Shown here one piece after another: positions 1-9,450 of a stretch of 64,000 bases of DNA. The DNA comes from Candidatus Pyrohabitans jungbluthii (GTDB taxonomy: Archaea; Hydrothermarchaeota; Hydrothermarchaeia; Hydrothermarchaeales; BMS3B): contig MTMD02000002.1 of assembly GCA_002010065.2 (NCBI GenBank), positions 320,001 through 384,000 of the forward strand, read 5' to 3'. The position numbers and the translations under genes were made by a program. How positions within the stretch are numbered: the stretch's first letter is position 1; each line of letters opens with the position of its first letter. Under the pieces are notes generated by a model, which did no database searches, had not been told where the DNA came from, and was given only the letters and a program-made list of their open reading frames with translations.

Positions 1-792
1 CTCGCCCAGCTCCTCTATAGCGCGCAACACGTAGTCGCGCCTGCCTACGCTCACACCGCCGCTGGTGACAACGCAGTCGTAGCGCTTCGCTGCGCTGGCA
101 AGCGCTTGCTTTGTGGCTTCGTAGTCATCCTCAATTGCGCCGAGATAGCTCGTCTCGCATCCCCACTGCTCCAGCAGAGCCATTACCACGAAGGAGTTTA
201 TGTCGCGGAGCAAGCCCCTGGCAATTTCATTGCCCGTTGCGAGCACAGCTACTCGAGGCTTGCGATACACTTCCACCTCTTCGATGCCCTGGCCTTTTAG
301 AATTCCAAACTCCTGTGCTCTTATCCTTGTTTTCGCTCTTAGGATAACCTCCCCCTTGCGGTAGTTGCTTCCCTGAGGCACCACCTTGGTCCCCTTCTCA
401 ATGGGGATACCGTACAGCAATTCGCCCTCAAGGCGGGCATCCTCTAAGCGGAGTACGCAATCTGCACCCGGAGGTAGGAACGCTCCCGTTGCGATGTACA
501 TCGCCTCGCCTTCGCGAAGCTCAGGTAGAGACTCATAAGCATCGCCAGCGTAGATGCTCCCTACCACGCGCAGAGGATAACGTTCAGCATCTTCGCTACG
601 CATTGCGTAGCCATCGTAGCTGGCTATGTCGTGGGGTGGTGAGTCCTCTGTGGCGAGGATATCCTTAGCCAGCTCCCGTCCGAGGAGCGAGAGCTCCACC
701 CTCGCAACTTCCGTCTCGCGATTGAAGTAAAACCCCTCTCTTAGCGTGTGGATAATCTCCCGCGCTCTGCTCAGAGGAACCAGCGTTTCCAC
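1..792 (-). CDS. moeA: Molybdopterin molybdenumtransferase MoeA (3' end runs off the window)
   Basis: Not in the ORF track. Manual translation from GTG at 792 gives METLVPLSRAREII...LGRELAKDILATEDSPPHDIASYDGYAMR...YIATGAFLPPGADCVLRLED...VVTSGGVSVGRRDYV, which are MoeA motifs. Confidence 0.9.
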   Translation of the reverse strand, partial: METLVPLSRAREIIHTLREGFYFNRETEVARVELSLLGRELAKDILATEDSPPHDIASYDGYAMRSEDAERYPLRVVGSIYAGDAYESLPELREGEAMYIATGAFLPPGADCVLRLEDARLEGELLYGIPIEKGTKVVPQGSNYRKGEVILRAKTRIRAQEFGILKGQGIEEVEVYRKPRVAVLATGNEIARGLLRDINSFVVMALLEQWGCETSYLGAIEDDYEATKQALASAAKRYDCVVTSGGVSVGRRDYVLRAIEELGE

Positions 793-799
793 CCCTCAT

Positions 800-1104
800 C
801 ACCTAAACGTTTCTATTTAAATTTCTCTAATATTTAAACAAATACAAATATAAAAACCTTTTTAGAAAAAAAATTTTATAATTTAAACCGAAGCAATTTT
901 AATTTTATAAAAGCTTTATATTAGTAGATTCAATTATTTACTGGTTCAGATATTTTATTATATTTTATATACCGCTTTAGTATATAAGAATGAAAAATCT
1001 TAATTTCTACAATTATTGAAAAATAATTCTAAAAAGGTTTTTATTTTACCACCACACTAAAAAATTAAAATGTATTTTTAATTTAAAATGGGGGGAATGA
1101 TAGA
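800..1104. promoter_or_regulatory. AT-rich divergent promoter region between moeA and the molybdoenzyme operon
   Basis: Very AT-rich 300 bp intergenic region with several TTTTATAA/TATATAA TATA-like boxes; the flanking genes diverge. Confidence 0.6.
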
Positions 1105-3741
1105 ATGAAGATATCTAGGAGGGAATTCTTGAAGAAGTCGAGCCTTATAGCAGGAATGGCTGCTCTTGGCTCGCAGGTGGTTTCGCTGAGCAGTGTAGCC
1201 GCAGAGGCGAGCAAAGCTCAGGGAAAAGTTAAGCAGGTTGCAGCCACAGTAAGCGAAGATGTTCTCATACCCAGCACGGACATAATGTGTGTGAACTTCT
1301 GCGGAATAAGGGTGAGGAGGGTAAACGGCGTAATCCGTGCGATCTACGGCAATCCGGCGAGCCCCTACAACGTTGGACACCTATGTCCCAAGGGGCAGAG
1401 TGGTATTTTTGATGTGTACAATCCATACAGGGTAAAGGCTCCGCTCAAGCGCACAAATCCCAACAAGGACCCGAGGGAGGATCCAAAGTGGAAGGAGATA
1501 AGCTGGGAGGAGGCATTAAACGAGGTTGCAGCAAAACTCAAGGAAGTTAGAGCAAAAGACCCGAGGGGTTTGACATTCTTCTGGGGTCACGGTAAATATC
1601 TGGTGCAGGACAAGTACCTGAAAGCCTTCTGCAAAGCCTTTGGCACGCCAAACAATGTTCACCGCACCACCGTATGCGAAGCTGCTCGCCACGTTGCGGA
1701 TGAGCTCACCTGGGGTGGACATGGATTTCTCCCGGATCTGGAGTACACCCGCTACTACGTGAACATGGGGGCGAACTTCACAGAGGGGGAGCAGTGGGCT
1801 CGCTGGCTGGACAGAACATGCATGGATGCCATAGTTAACAGGGGACTCAAGCTCGTTGTGGTTGAGCCCAGGCTGAGCAATCTCGCAGCGAAAGCTCACG
1901 AATGGATACCAATAAAGCCTGGTACAGACGTGGTATTCCTCTTAGCCATGGCGAAAGAGCTCATACTCAACGGCTACGTGGATAAGGAGTTTCTGATAGA
2001 GTACACAGATGCACCCTTCTTAGTTGGCGAGGATAAGAAGTTCCTGAGAGATGAGAACGGCAATGCTCTAGTGTGGGACAAGAAAGCAAGCCAGGCGGTA
2101 CCCTATGATGATGCCGAAGAGATAGCTCTTGATGCAAAGGTTACAGTAGATGGCAAGGAGTACAGAACCGCCTTCAGGGTGTTCAAGGACTATGTGCTCA
2201 GCCTAAGCCTGAGTGAGGCAGAAGAGATAACAGGCGTGCCCGCAGAGACCATAAGGAAGGTCGCCAAGGAGTTTGGGGAGAACGCCCACATCGGCGCCAC
2301 GGTGGTAATGGACGGCAAGGTGCTGCGCTATCGCCCCGTTGCCATACATACCTTCAGGGGAATGAGCGCAAAGGAGTATGGAAGCCAGCAGTGGAGGGCA
2401 GCCTGGATTGTGCAAATGCTTGTGGGCAACTTAGATGCTGTGGGAGGAATTCGACTATACCATGCAAACCCGGACTACAAGAACATGAAGCCCTCCACGT
2501 GCGAATACCCGCCCAGCAGGGTAGACCTTGCAGGAAGCGTATTCTTCCCACATGCCACGCACAATGTGGCGCAGCAGCCTGCCCTTACGTTTGCGGAGCC
2601 TGAGAAGTACGGCTTGCCCTATAAGCCGGAGATGGCGCTGGTGTATGCCACCAACAGGCTCATCTCCACCTCTGAGGTGGAGAAGCAGATAGAGGGCTTC
2701 AAGAAGGTATACATGGTAAACATAAACCTCGTGCTGGACGAGATTGCCCAGATGTCTGACATAGTACTGCCAAACAAGAGCTACCTCGAGTGCTGGCACT
2801 TCAGCCCAACAAGGTGGACTCCTGACTCGAGCCACAGCGCAATCCGCCAGCCGATTGTAAATGCCTACAACCTGCCCTACCAGGACTTCGACATCCTCTG
2901 GGAACTGGCGAAGAGGGCTGGCTTCTTGGATGAGTACGTGGATGCCATAAACAAGAACTGGAATCTCAAGGACGACAAGAAGTTCGAGAAGGGCAGGGAC
3001 TACGACGCCAAGGAATCGGTGAAGATTATATGGGAGGCAAAGACAGGCAAGCCCCTCGAGTATGCCATAAAACACGGTCTTGTGGCGAAGAAGGTGAGCG
3101 TGGAGGAAAGGTACCTGCATGATGCTGAGAAGTTCAGAGGCAAGGGCAAACCAAAGATGCACTTCTATGCAGAGCAGCTTGTTCATACAAAGGAGAAAGT
3201 CCTCGAAATCGCAAAGAAGGAGCCAAAGGTCAGGAAGGTGTTTGAGGAGTGGTACGGAGAGACCGATCTTGAGAAGCTCCTTGACATAAAGCTTTCGCCA
3301 ATACCCCTGAAGGAGCACGCCTTCCCGGTGCCGCACAAGCAAGCAAAGGACTACCCGCTGTATCTCATAACCTACAAGAGAATGTACAGAAACCAGGCAA
3401 ATCCAGATGCCTTAAACCCGGTTCTCAACGAGGTTGCCCACGACTCCAGCTACAATTACATGCTGATTAACACCGTCAAGGCCAAGGAGCTCGGGATAAA
3501 GGATGGCGACGAAGTATGGATAGAGTCCAGAGTTGGAAAGGTCAAGGCAATAGCAAAGCTTACTGAGGGAATTCGCCCGGACACGGTGGCTGTGAGCTAC
3601 CACTATGGAAGGTTCTCTTCAGCCTTCCCGGAGTATGCCAAGAAGGGCACTGCAATAAACTTCGTTCTGGAACTCCATCCAGACATGATCTCAGGGCACA
3701 ACTCCTTCCTAGACACCAAGGTTAAGGTGTACAAGGCGTGA
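1105..3741 (+). CDS. Tat-exported molybdopterin (bis-MGD) oxidoreductase catalytic subunit, Psr/Phs/Arr/Anr clade
   Basis: Twin-arginine SRREFLK; FS0 motif D-x2-C-x3-C-x27-C (TDIMCVNFC...LCPKG); ArrA-like KRTNPNKDPREDPKWKEISWEEAL; putative Mo-ligand Cys in GTPNNVHRTTVC; C-terminal molydopterin-binding domain. Confidence 0.9.
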   Translation: MKISRREFLKKSSLIAGMAALGSQVVSLSSVAAEASKAQGKVKQVAATVSEDVLIPSTDIMCVNFCGIRVRRVNGVIRAIYGNPASPYNVGHLCPKGQSGIFDVYNPYRVKAPLKRTNPNKDPREDPKWKEISWEEALNEVAAKLKEVRAKDPRGLTFFWGHGKYLVQDKYLKAFCKAFGTPNNVHRTTVCEAARHVADELTWGGHGFLPDLEYTRYYVNMGANFTEGEQWARWLDRTCMDAIVNRGLKLVVVEPRLSNLAAKAHEWIPIKPGTDVVFLLAMAKELILNGYVDKEFLIEYTDAPFLVGEDKKFLRDENGNALVWDKKASQAVPYDDAEEIALDAKVTVDGKEYRTAFRVFKDYVLSLSLSEAEEITGVPAETIRKVAKEFGENAHIGATVVMDGKVLRYRPVAIHTFRGMSAKEYGSQQWRAAWIVQMLVGNLDAVGGIRLYHANPDYKNMKPSTCEYPPSRVDLAGSVFFPHATHNVAQQPALTFAEPEKYGLPYKPEMALVYATNRLISTSEVEKQIEGFKKVYMVNINLVLDEIAQMSDIVLPNKSYLECWHFSPTRWTPDSSHSAIRQPIVNAYNLPYQDFDILWELAKRAGFLDEYVDAINKNWNLKDDKKFEKGRDYDAKESVKIIWEAKTGKPLEYAIKHGLVAKKVSVEERYLHDAEKFRGKGKPKMHFYAEQLVHTKEKVLEIAKKEPKVRKVFEEWYGETDLEKLLDIKLSPIPLKEHAFPVPHKQAKDYPLYLITYKRMYRNQANPDALNPVLNEVAHDSSYNYMLINTVKAKELGIKDGDEVWIESRVGKVKAIAKLTEGIRPDTVAVSYHYGRFSSAFPEYAKKGTAINFVLELHPDMISGHNSFLDTKVKVYKA

Positions 3742-3755
3742 GGGGGTGAGGGAAG

Positions 3756-4427
3756 ATGGTTAAATATGGTCTTGTCATCGACCTGAAAAAGTGTATAGGC
3801 TGCAGGAGCTGTGTCGCTGCGTGCAAGATCGAGAATATGGTTCAGCCTGGTAATTACTGGAACTTTGTCCTCGAGTACGAGCAGGGCAAGTATCCGAATG
3901 TTCGCAGAGTCTTCGTTCCCATAAATTGCCAGCACTGCGAGAATCCGCCCTGTGTTAAGGCATGCCCGGCAAAGGCGATAAGCAAGAACGAGTATGGCGT
4001 TGTGCTGATAGACTACGACAAGTGCAAGGGCTACAGGTACTGCATCGCCGCATGCCCCTACGGAGTAATCCACTTCATTGACAAGATAAGGTACCTCTAT
4101 CCAGAAGACAATCCCGATAAAGCTCCCACACCGTATGAGCAGATTCCCGCCGAAGCGAGACATCCACTGCACAGAAAGAAGCCTGGCATTGCTGAGAAGT
4201 GTACCCTGTGCTGGCACCGCATTGAGAAGGCCCTGAAAGAAGGGAAGGAGCCGGGAAGCGATTACGACACATCGCCAGCGTGCGTTCCCGTTTGCCCAGC
4301 AGGTGCGAGATATTTCGGCGACCTCGATGATCCGAACAGCGTGGTTTCAAAGCTCATCGCTGCGAGGCGGGCGATCCAGCTCAAGAAGGAGTACGGCACA
4401 AGACCGCAGGTTTACTACCTGGTGTGA
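3756..4427 (+). CDS. Four-cluster Fe-S electron-transfer subunit (DmsB/NrfC/PsrB/ArrB family)
   Basis: MVKYGLVIDLKKCIGCRSCVAACK, CQHCENPPCVKACP, CKGYRYCIAACPY, KCTLC...PACVPVCP. Confidence 0.93.
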   Translation: MVKYGLVIDLKKCIGCRSCVAACKIENMVQPGNYWNFVLEYEQGKYPNVRRVFVPINCQHCENPPCVKACPAKAISKNEYGVVLIDYDKCKGYRYCIAACPYGVIHFIDKIRYLYPEDNPDKAPTPYEQIPAEARHPLHRKKPGIAEKCTLCWHRIEKALKEGKEPGSDYDTSPACVPVCPAGARYFGDLDDPNSVVSKLIAARRAIQLKKEYGTRPQVYYLV

Positions 4428-4437
4428 GGTGATGAAG

Positions 4438-4833
4438 ATGAAGTTTAAGTTTCTGGTGTTCGCTTCCCTTGCTCTTCTCTTCCTCTTTGCAGCGTGCGCC
4501 CAGAAGCCAGAGGTCGAGGAGAAGGTGATTGAGAAAGAAGTGCCTATGAACCTCCCTGATACAGCGAAGAAGATAGCGGCTGGCGAAATTGAAGTTGGTG
4601 AGGAGTTTGGCATGGAGATTGGGCAGCGCTACCATACAATACACGCAGATACCCTCGGCTTAGCCTGCACCACCTGTCACGTTAAGAGCTATGCTGATGA
4701 CTACATCTACCAGAGGAAGTACAAGGTTCCTGTGAGAGGCGCCCCCGGACCTGTGGACAGAGGCGTCTGCCTGGGCTGTCACAAGGAGAATGGACCGGCG
4801 GCGACATCGCTCTATGGCACAGCCAGTGACTGA
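4438..4833 (+). CDS. Diheme c-type cytochrome lipoprotein
   Basis: Start re-called at ATG 4438 after SD GAGGTGA; lipobox LFAAC; two CxxCH motifs (CTTCH, CLGCH). Confidence 0.8.
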   Translation: MKFKFLVFASLALLFLFAACAQKPEVEEKVIEKEVPMNLPDTAKKIAAGEIEVGEEFGMEIGQRYHTIHADTLGLACTTCHVKSYADDYIYQRKYKVPVRGAPGPVDRGVCLGCHKENGPAATSLYGTASD

Positions 4834-4864
4834 CCTCTCTTTTCTTTCTTTTTGAGGTGCTAAT

Positions 4865-5560
4865 ATGGAGCAGCTTAATAAGCTTGCGGAGAACAGGAGC
4901 AGGATTTACGGCTTTCTCTGCGAGTTTTATAACGGGGTGCCCAGAGAGGAGTTCGTGAAGAAGCTTCTTAGTGAGGACTTCCTTAGGGAGTTGAAGAATC
5001 TAGCAACCCTCGCGGAGGGTGAACTCAGAGAGGGTGCAGAACTTTTAGAGCAATTCCTCAGGCTTAACTCTGAAAGAAACATAGAGGAGCTGACAGAGCA
5101 GCTTGCGGTTGAATTCACAAGGCTTTTCAGAGGCATAAAGCCAAAGTACAGTCCCCCACCACCGTATGAGTCTGTGTACAGAGACGAAGGCAGGGTGATG
5201 GGCGCTTCTACGCTTCAAGTGATGAACACTTACCTCGATGCTGGTTTTGCCCTGAACGAGGAATACGGAGGACCCCCGGATTATATAGGCACAGAGCTCA
5301 AGTTTCTTGCGCTTGCGAGCTACCGCGAGGCAGAGAGCTGGGGAAAGGGCGATAGAAGGGAAGCGGAGAGATTGCTTAGGGTACAGCAGCGCTTTATTGA
5401 AGAGCATGCTCTGGCATGGATTCCAAGGTTCTGCGATGTAATACTGCAGGAGGCTGAGAGCGAGTTTTATAAAGGTGTGGCGAAGCTTACTCGCGGGTTT
5501 CTGAGACTGGATGCAGAGCAGATAGCAGAGACCCTAAAGCTTGTGGAGGAAGAAGGATGA
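4865..5560 (+). CDS. TorD/DmsD-family molybdoenzyme maturation chaperone
   Basis: EFTRLF...PPPYESVY, PPDYIGTELKFL, FIEEHALAW, FYKGVAKL motifs. Confidence 0.92.
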   Translation: MEQLNKLAENRSRIYGFLCEFYNGVPREEFVKKLLSEDFLRELKNLATLAEGELREGAELLEQFLRLNSERNIEELTEQLAVEFTRLFRGIKPKYSPPPPYESVYRDEGRVMGASTLQVMNTYLDAGFALNEEYGGPPDYIGTELKFLALASYREAESWGKGDRREAERLLRVQQRFIEEHALAWIPRFCDVILQEAESEFYKGVAKLTRGFLRLDAEQIAETLKLVEEEG

Positions 5561-6141
5561 AGGAGCTCGATTTCGCAATTGCTATTCACGGGCATAAGGC
5601 TCCGGGAATAGTGCTTGGCGTGAGGATGGCAAAGCTTGCGTATGAGCTTCTTGGCAAGCCCAAGCGAGGCAGGGGCTTAACAGGCATCGTGGAAACAAAA
5701 GTCTGTCTTCCCGATGCTCTGATGGCAGTCGCAGGCACGACGCCGGGCAATGGAAACCTCATAATCTATGACCTGGGCAAGCTTGCCCTCTCTCTCACCA
5801 AATATCCCTCAGGAGAGGGATATAGAGTTGCGCTCAGAAGCGAGGCAGCAGGCTTAGACGAAGCACTTGAAAAGTTCATGTACCGCAAGGGTAAGCTCAC
5901 CCACGAGGAAAGAGACAGGGTGGCGGACATATTTTACAGCATGGATGAGAAGTACTTTAAGGTAGAGAAGGTCAAGCTCACCCTGCCTTTAACACCAACA
6001 CGCACACCCATAGCCAAGTGCTCTTCTTGCGGCGAGCTTCAGCCTCAGGGATTTATGCTTAATGGAAGCTGCAGGGTATGCGCGGGCGAGAGCTATTTTG
6101 AAAAGCTGGAGGAGGTGATAACGTATGTTAGGACAGAGTGA
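5557..6141 (+). CDS. FmdE-family protein with C-terminal zinc finger
   Basis: [27 protein letters not shown]; C-terminal CSSCGE...CRVC. Confidence 0.8.
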   Translation: MKELDFAIAIHGHKAPGIVLGVRMAKLAYELLGKPKRGRGLTGIVETKVCLPDALMAVAGTTPGNGNLIIYDLGKLALSLTKYPSGEGYRVALRSEAAGLDEALEKFMYRKGKLTHEERDRVADIFYSMDEKYFKVEKVKLTLPLTPTRTPIAKCSSCGELQPQGFMLNGSCRVCAGESYFEKLEEVITYVRTE

Positions 6142-6271
6142 GCTTCTTATAATCTTGGGCATTGTTGTTCTGCTTTTCGGCGCAAATAAGCTGCCTGAGC
6201 TGGCACGCTCACTTGGCAGAGCCAAGGTGGAGTTTAAGCGTGGCATGGAGGATGAGGGTAGCGAGAAATGA
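6125..6271 (+). CDS. tatA: Twin-arginine translocase TatA/E subunit (48 aa; below the ORF-track cutoff)
   Basis: [40 protein letters not shown]; SD GGAGGTGA upstream; ATGA overlap with the next gene. Confidence 0.9.
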   Translation: MLGQSELLIILGIVVLLFGANKLPELARSLGRAKVEFKRGMEDEGSEK

Positions 6272-6289
6272 TCGGCTCTGGAGAAGTGG
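6218..6289 (+). repeat. 72-bp inverted repeat, copy 1 (tatA/tatB junction)
   Basis: Matches the reverse complement of 11263-11334 at 71/72 positions on manual comparison. Confidence 0.85.
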
Positions 6290-6486
6290 TCGTCATAACT
6301 CTTCTCGCCCTCCTCTTCTTTGGCCCTGAAAAGCTTCCTGAGCTGGCAAGAAGTCTTGGAAAGGCGTATGCCGAGTTTAAAAATGCCCAAGAGGAAGTTG
6401 AAAGGCAGATAAATAGGGAAATGCTGGAAGAGAAAAATATAGATATAAAAAAAGATATTGAATTGATAAATGAGGAAGCAGATTAG
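6268..6486 (+). CDS. TatA/TatB-family subunit
   Basis: [34 protein letters not shown]. Confidence 0.9.
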   Translation: MIGSGEVVVITLLALLFFGPEKLPELARSLGKAYAEFKNAQEEVERQINREMLEEKNIDIKKDIELINEEAD

Positions 6487-6532
6487 CTATGCTTCTCAAA
6501 AAATTTATAACTATGGCAATAAATGTAAAATT

Positions 6533-7438
6533 ATGCGTTTCCTTATTTTACTAATCCTGCTGCTCTTCTCTGCCTGCACCGCAGAGGAGCAGGCTATCGA
6601 GGTGAACTTCAGCGATGTGGTTGAGATTAGAAATCCGGGAGAAGAAGATAGCGCTGTGGTAATTGGGGTTTCCAACATTCTCTCACCTGTGGAGACGGTA
6701 ACCTACTATGAAGACCTCTTTGACTACCTTTCAAAAAAGCTTGGAAAGAAGGTAAAACTTGTACAGCGCAGCAACTATGCCGAGATGAATGAACTTTTGA
6801 GGCTGGGGAGAGTTGACCTCGCCTTTGTGTGCTCTCGAGCTTATATAGCCGGAGCCATGCAGTTTGGGCTGAAACTCCTCGTGGTGCCTGTGGTTTACGA
6901 TGAAGGACCTGTTTACTACTCCTACATAATAGTGAATAAAGACAGCAACATAAACAGCTTCGTAGAGCTTCGTGGGAAAAGCTTTGCCTTCGCAGACCCT
7001 CTCTCAAACTCAGGGGAGCTTTACCCCAGGTATCTGCTTGCGAAGATGAACGAAACCCCGGACACCTTCTTCTCCCACTACTTCTACACCTACAGCCACG
7101 ACAAGAGCATCGAAGCTGTAGCCTCTGGCATAGTTGACGGCGCTGCAGTGGACAGTCTGATATGGGACTATAAAAATATGACTGAGCCATGGGTAACCTC
7201 CCGCACGAGGATAATCAAGGTTTCTCCACCCTTTGGCATTCCACCTGTCGTGGCAAGTCCATACAGCGATAAGGAACTGGTTGAAGAGATAAGGAACATA
7301 CTCCTGAGTATGCATGAGGATGAGGATGGCAGAAAGATACTAAGGAAGCTCCACATAAAGCGCTTCATACTCCCTGAAAATGCTTCCTACGCCTCCATAG
7401 AAGAGATGCTGCACGTGGTTGAAGGAAATGTTACCTGA
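6533..7438 (+). CDS. PhnD-fold oxyanion-binding lipoprotein, AioX/ArxX/ArrX-like
   Basis: ATG 6533 lies about 25 nt after AATTTATAA; lipobox LFSAC; VQRSNYAE, DLAFVCS (Cys), FADPLSNSG, YSHDKSIEAVASG, AVDS; directly upstream of a kinase and not with ABC permease/ATPase genes. Confidence 0.82.
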   Translation: MRFLILLILLLFSACTAEEQAIEVNFSDVVEIRNPGEEDSAVVIGVSNILSPVETVTYYEDLFDYLSKKLGKKVKLVQRSNYAEMNELLRLGRVDLAFVCSRAYIAGAMQFGLKLLVVPVVYDEGPVYYSYIIVNKDSNINSFVELRGKSFAFADPLSNSGELYPRYLLAKMNETPDTFFSHYFYTYSHDKSIEAVASGIVDGAAVDSLIWDYKNMTEPWVTSRTRIIKVSPPFGIPPVVASPYSDKELVEEIRNILLSMHEDEDGRKILRKLHIKRFILPENASYASIEEMLHVVEGNVT

Positions 7439-9446
7439 GGTAAAGTTTGGCGTCAGGGCAAAGTTCGTCCTTTCAATAATACTCGCTCTTTTAATTCTTG
7501 GCGCCCTTTCAGCAGTTATAATGCAGACTGTCTTAAAGTCGGTGCTCCTACAGGGGCTCACCAGAGACGGCTTTACCCTTGGTGAAAACCTCGCCACGGC
7601 TATAACAGAGCCCCTTCTGACAGAGGATGTGGTCTCCCTGCATCGCATGCTGAAGGAGTTTAAGTCCAGCCGGGAGGATGTTGCTTACTTATACGTGCTC
7701 AATCAGAATGGCGAAGTTGTGGCGAGCACTTTTGAGGGGGGCTTCCCGAGGGGGCTGCTAAACCTTCGCGGAGCTGGAGTAACGACCATAAAGAATGAAA
7801 GGGGAGAGCACATCCGCGACCTTGCCATACCGGTGCTTGAAGGCAAGGCTGGAGAGCTCCACCTTGGGCTCACAGAAGAGCTTGTCAGAGCAAGAGTTTC
7901 TGAAGCTACGCGAAAGCTGATGCTCGGCATAACTTTGCTTTTGCCAATAGCTGTGCTTGTTGGCTATGCCTTTGGAAACCTTATCACCACGCCTATAAAA
8001 GAGCTGGAGGTAGGAGCGAGAGCCCTGGAGAGGGGAGAGCTTGATTACAGGATAAAGCTTCGAAGCAGAGACGAGTTTTCTGTGCTTGCAGAAGCCTTCA
8101 ACAGCATGGCTTCTGAACTTGAAAAGAACATCCAAGAAATAAAGAGATACTCATGCTCTCTAGAAAAGCTGGTGGAGGAGCGCACCAAGGAGCTTCTCCT
8201 TCTCCAGAGGATTAACAACCTTTTAAATACCGGTGCAAGCCTTGAGGAGATTCTCGATGAGATTACCAAGGGGATAGTGAAGGTCTTCGGCTACGACGCC
8301 TGTGCTGTGCACCTGCTCAAAGGCGAAGATACGCTGGTGTGCAGAAGCTACTACATGGATTCAGCGCTGATAAAAAAGCTTGAAGAACTCACGGGCAAGA
8401 GGACAGACGGGTATGAGATGAAGCTCACGGAGGACAACCCCATAAGCAGGATAGTTTTTGAAAGGGAGCCGTTTTTAACTGACGATGTGGAGAATCTGAT
8501 AAAATACCATACTCAAGATAGAAAGATAAGAGTATTGGCGAAGGTTATAACTAAGCTTGTGCCTGCACGCTTTGGTTTGGGGATCCCCCTGATATCCAGG
8601 GAGAGGGTTGTGGGAGTTATCGGAATAGGGAGCAGAAAACCCCTGGAAGATAGCGATGTGACTAGGCTTATGAACTTCGCCTCCCAGGCGGGCATCGCTG
8701 TGGAGAAGGCTATACTCGAGGAGAGGCTACTTGAATACTCTCGAGAGCTTGAGCGTAAGGTAGAGGAGCGCACAAAACAGCTTCTCCACGCAGAGCGCTT
8801 AGCTACAATAGGTACCCTTGCCTCAGGAGTAGCGCATGAGATAAACAACCCCATAACAAGTATAATGCTTGATGCTGAAAGGATCAGGGACGAGATGCTC
8901 GATGAGAAGGAGGTAAAGGAGATAGCAAAGGGGATAGTAAAACAGGTGGAGAGGATTCAGAGGATAACCCGAAGCCTGCTCATGTTTTCAAGGCATGCGG
9001 AGATGGAGGCAAGGGAGGTTGACCTCAACCAGATTGTGGAGGAGTCTCTGAATGTGCTGAAGCCGAAGCTTAAAAGAGTGACGGTGGAGAAGAGGCTGGA
9101 AAAGCTACCCCACGTGTGGGGCGACCCGGCTCAGCTTCAGCAGGTCTTTGTCAACCTTATTCTCAATGCTGTGCAGGCAATGCCTGATGGCGGCAGGCTA
9201 ACAGTAATAACAAGAAGGGAAGGTAGGGAGGTGGTGGCGGAGGTTAGCGACACAGGTGTGGGCATACCTGAGGAGCACTTAAGCAAGATATTTGACCCCT
9301 TCTTTACGACAAAGAAGGTAGGGGAGGGCACGGGATTAGGGCTGAGTATCTGCTTAGGCATAGTTGAGCGCCACAATGGCAGAATAGAAGTAAAGAGTAA
9401 AGTAGGAGAAGGAACAACATTTACTGTGTGCCTGCCTCTGAGGTGA
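7428..9446 (+). CDS. Membrane sensor histidine kinase (TM-extracellular domain-TM-HAMP-GAF-HisKA-HATPase)
   Basis: HAMP (PIKELE...RDEFSVLAEAFNSM), GAF-like middle region, H-box AHEINNP, N/G boxes NLILNA, DTGVGI, FFTTK, GTGLGL. Confidence 0.93.
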   Translation: MLPEVKFGVRAKFVLSIILALLILGALSAVIMQTVLKSVLLQGLTRDGFTLGENLATAITEPLLTEDVVSLHRMLKEFKSSREDVAYLYVLNQNGEVVASTFEGGFPRGLLNLRGAGVTTIKNERGEHIRDLAIPVLEGKAGELHLGLTEELVRARVSEATRKLMLGITLLLPIAVLVGYAFGNLITTPIKELEVGARALERGELDYRIKLRSRDEFSVLAEAFNSMASELEKNIQEIKRYSCSLEKLVEERTKELLLLQRINNLLNTGASLEEILDEITKGIVKVFGYDACAVHLLKGEDTLVCRSYYMDSALIKKLEELTGKRTDGYEMKLTEDNPISRIVFEREPFLTDDVENLIKYHTQDRKIRVLAKVITKLVPARFGLGIPLISRERVVGVIGIGSRKPLEDSDVTRLMNFASQAGIAVEKAILEERLLEYSRELERKVEERTKQLLHAERLATIGTLASGVAHEINNPITSIMLDAERIRDEMLDEKEVKEIAKGIVKQVERIQRITRSLLMFSRHAEMEAREVDLNQIVEESLNVLKPKLKRVTVEKRLEKLPHVWGDPAQLQQVFVNLILNAVQAMPDGGRLTVITRREGREVVAEVSDTGVGIPEEHLSKIFDPFFTTKKVGEGTGLGLSICLGIVERHNGRIEVKSKVGEGTTFTVCLPLR

Positions 9447-9450
9447 GAGC

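Noticed and set aside
2455-3342. Long antisense ORFs (e.g. 2455-3342, 16020-16826, 30900-31556, 34969-35736, 49618-50301, 61517-62110)
   Set aside because: They are shadows of well-supported genes on the opposite strand and have no recognisable motifs.
1105-3741. Assigning the gene symbol arrA, arxA or psrA
   Set aside because: The diagnostic ArrA (R/KGRY, SHSSICAE) and ArxA (GRGW) motifs are not matched and no PsrC is present. The substrate cannot be fixed without phylogeny or assay.
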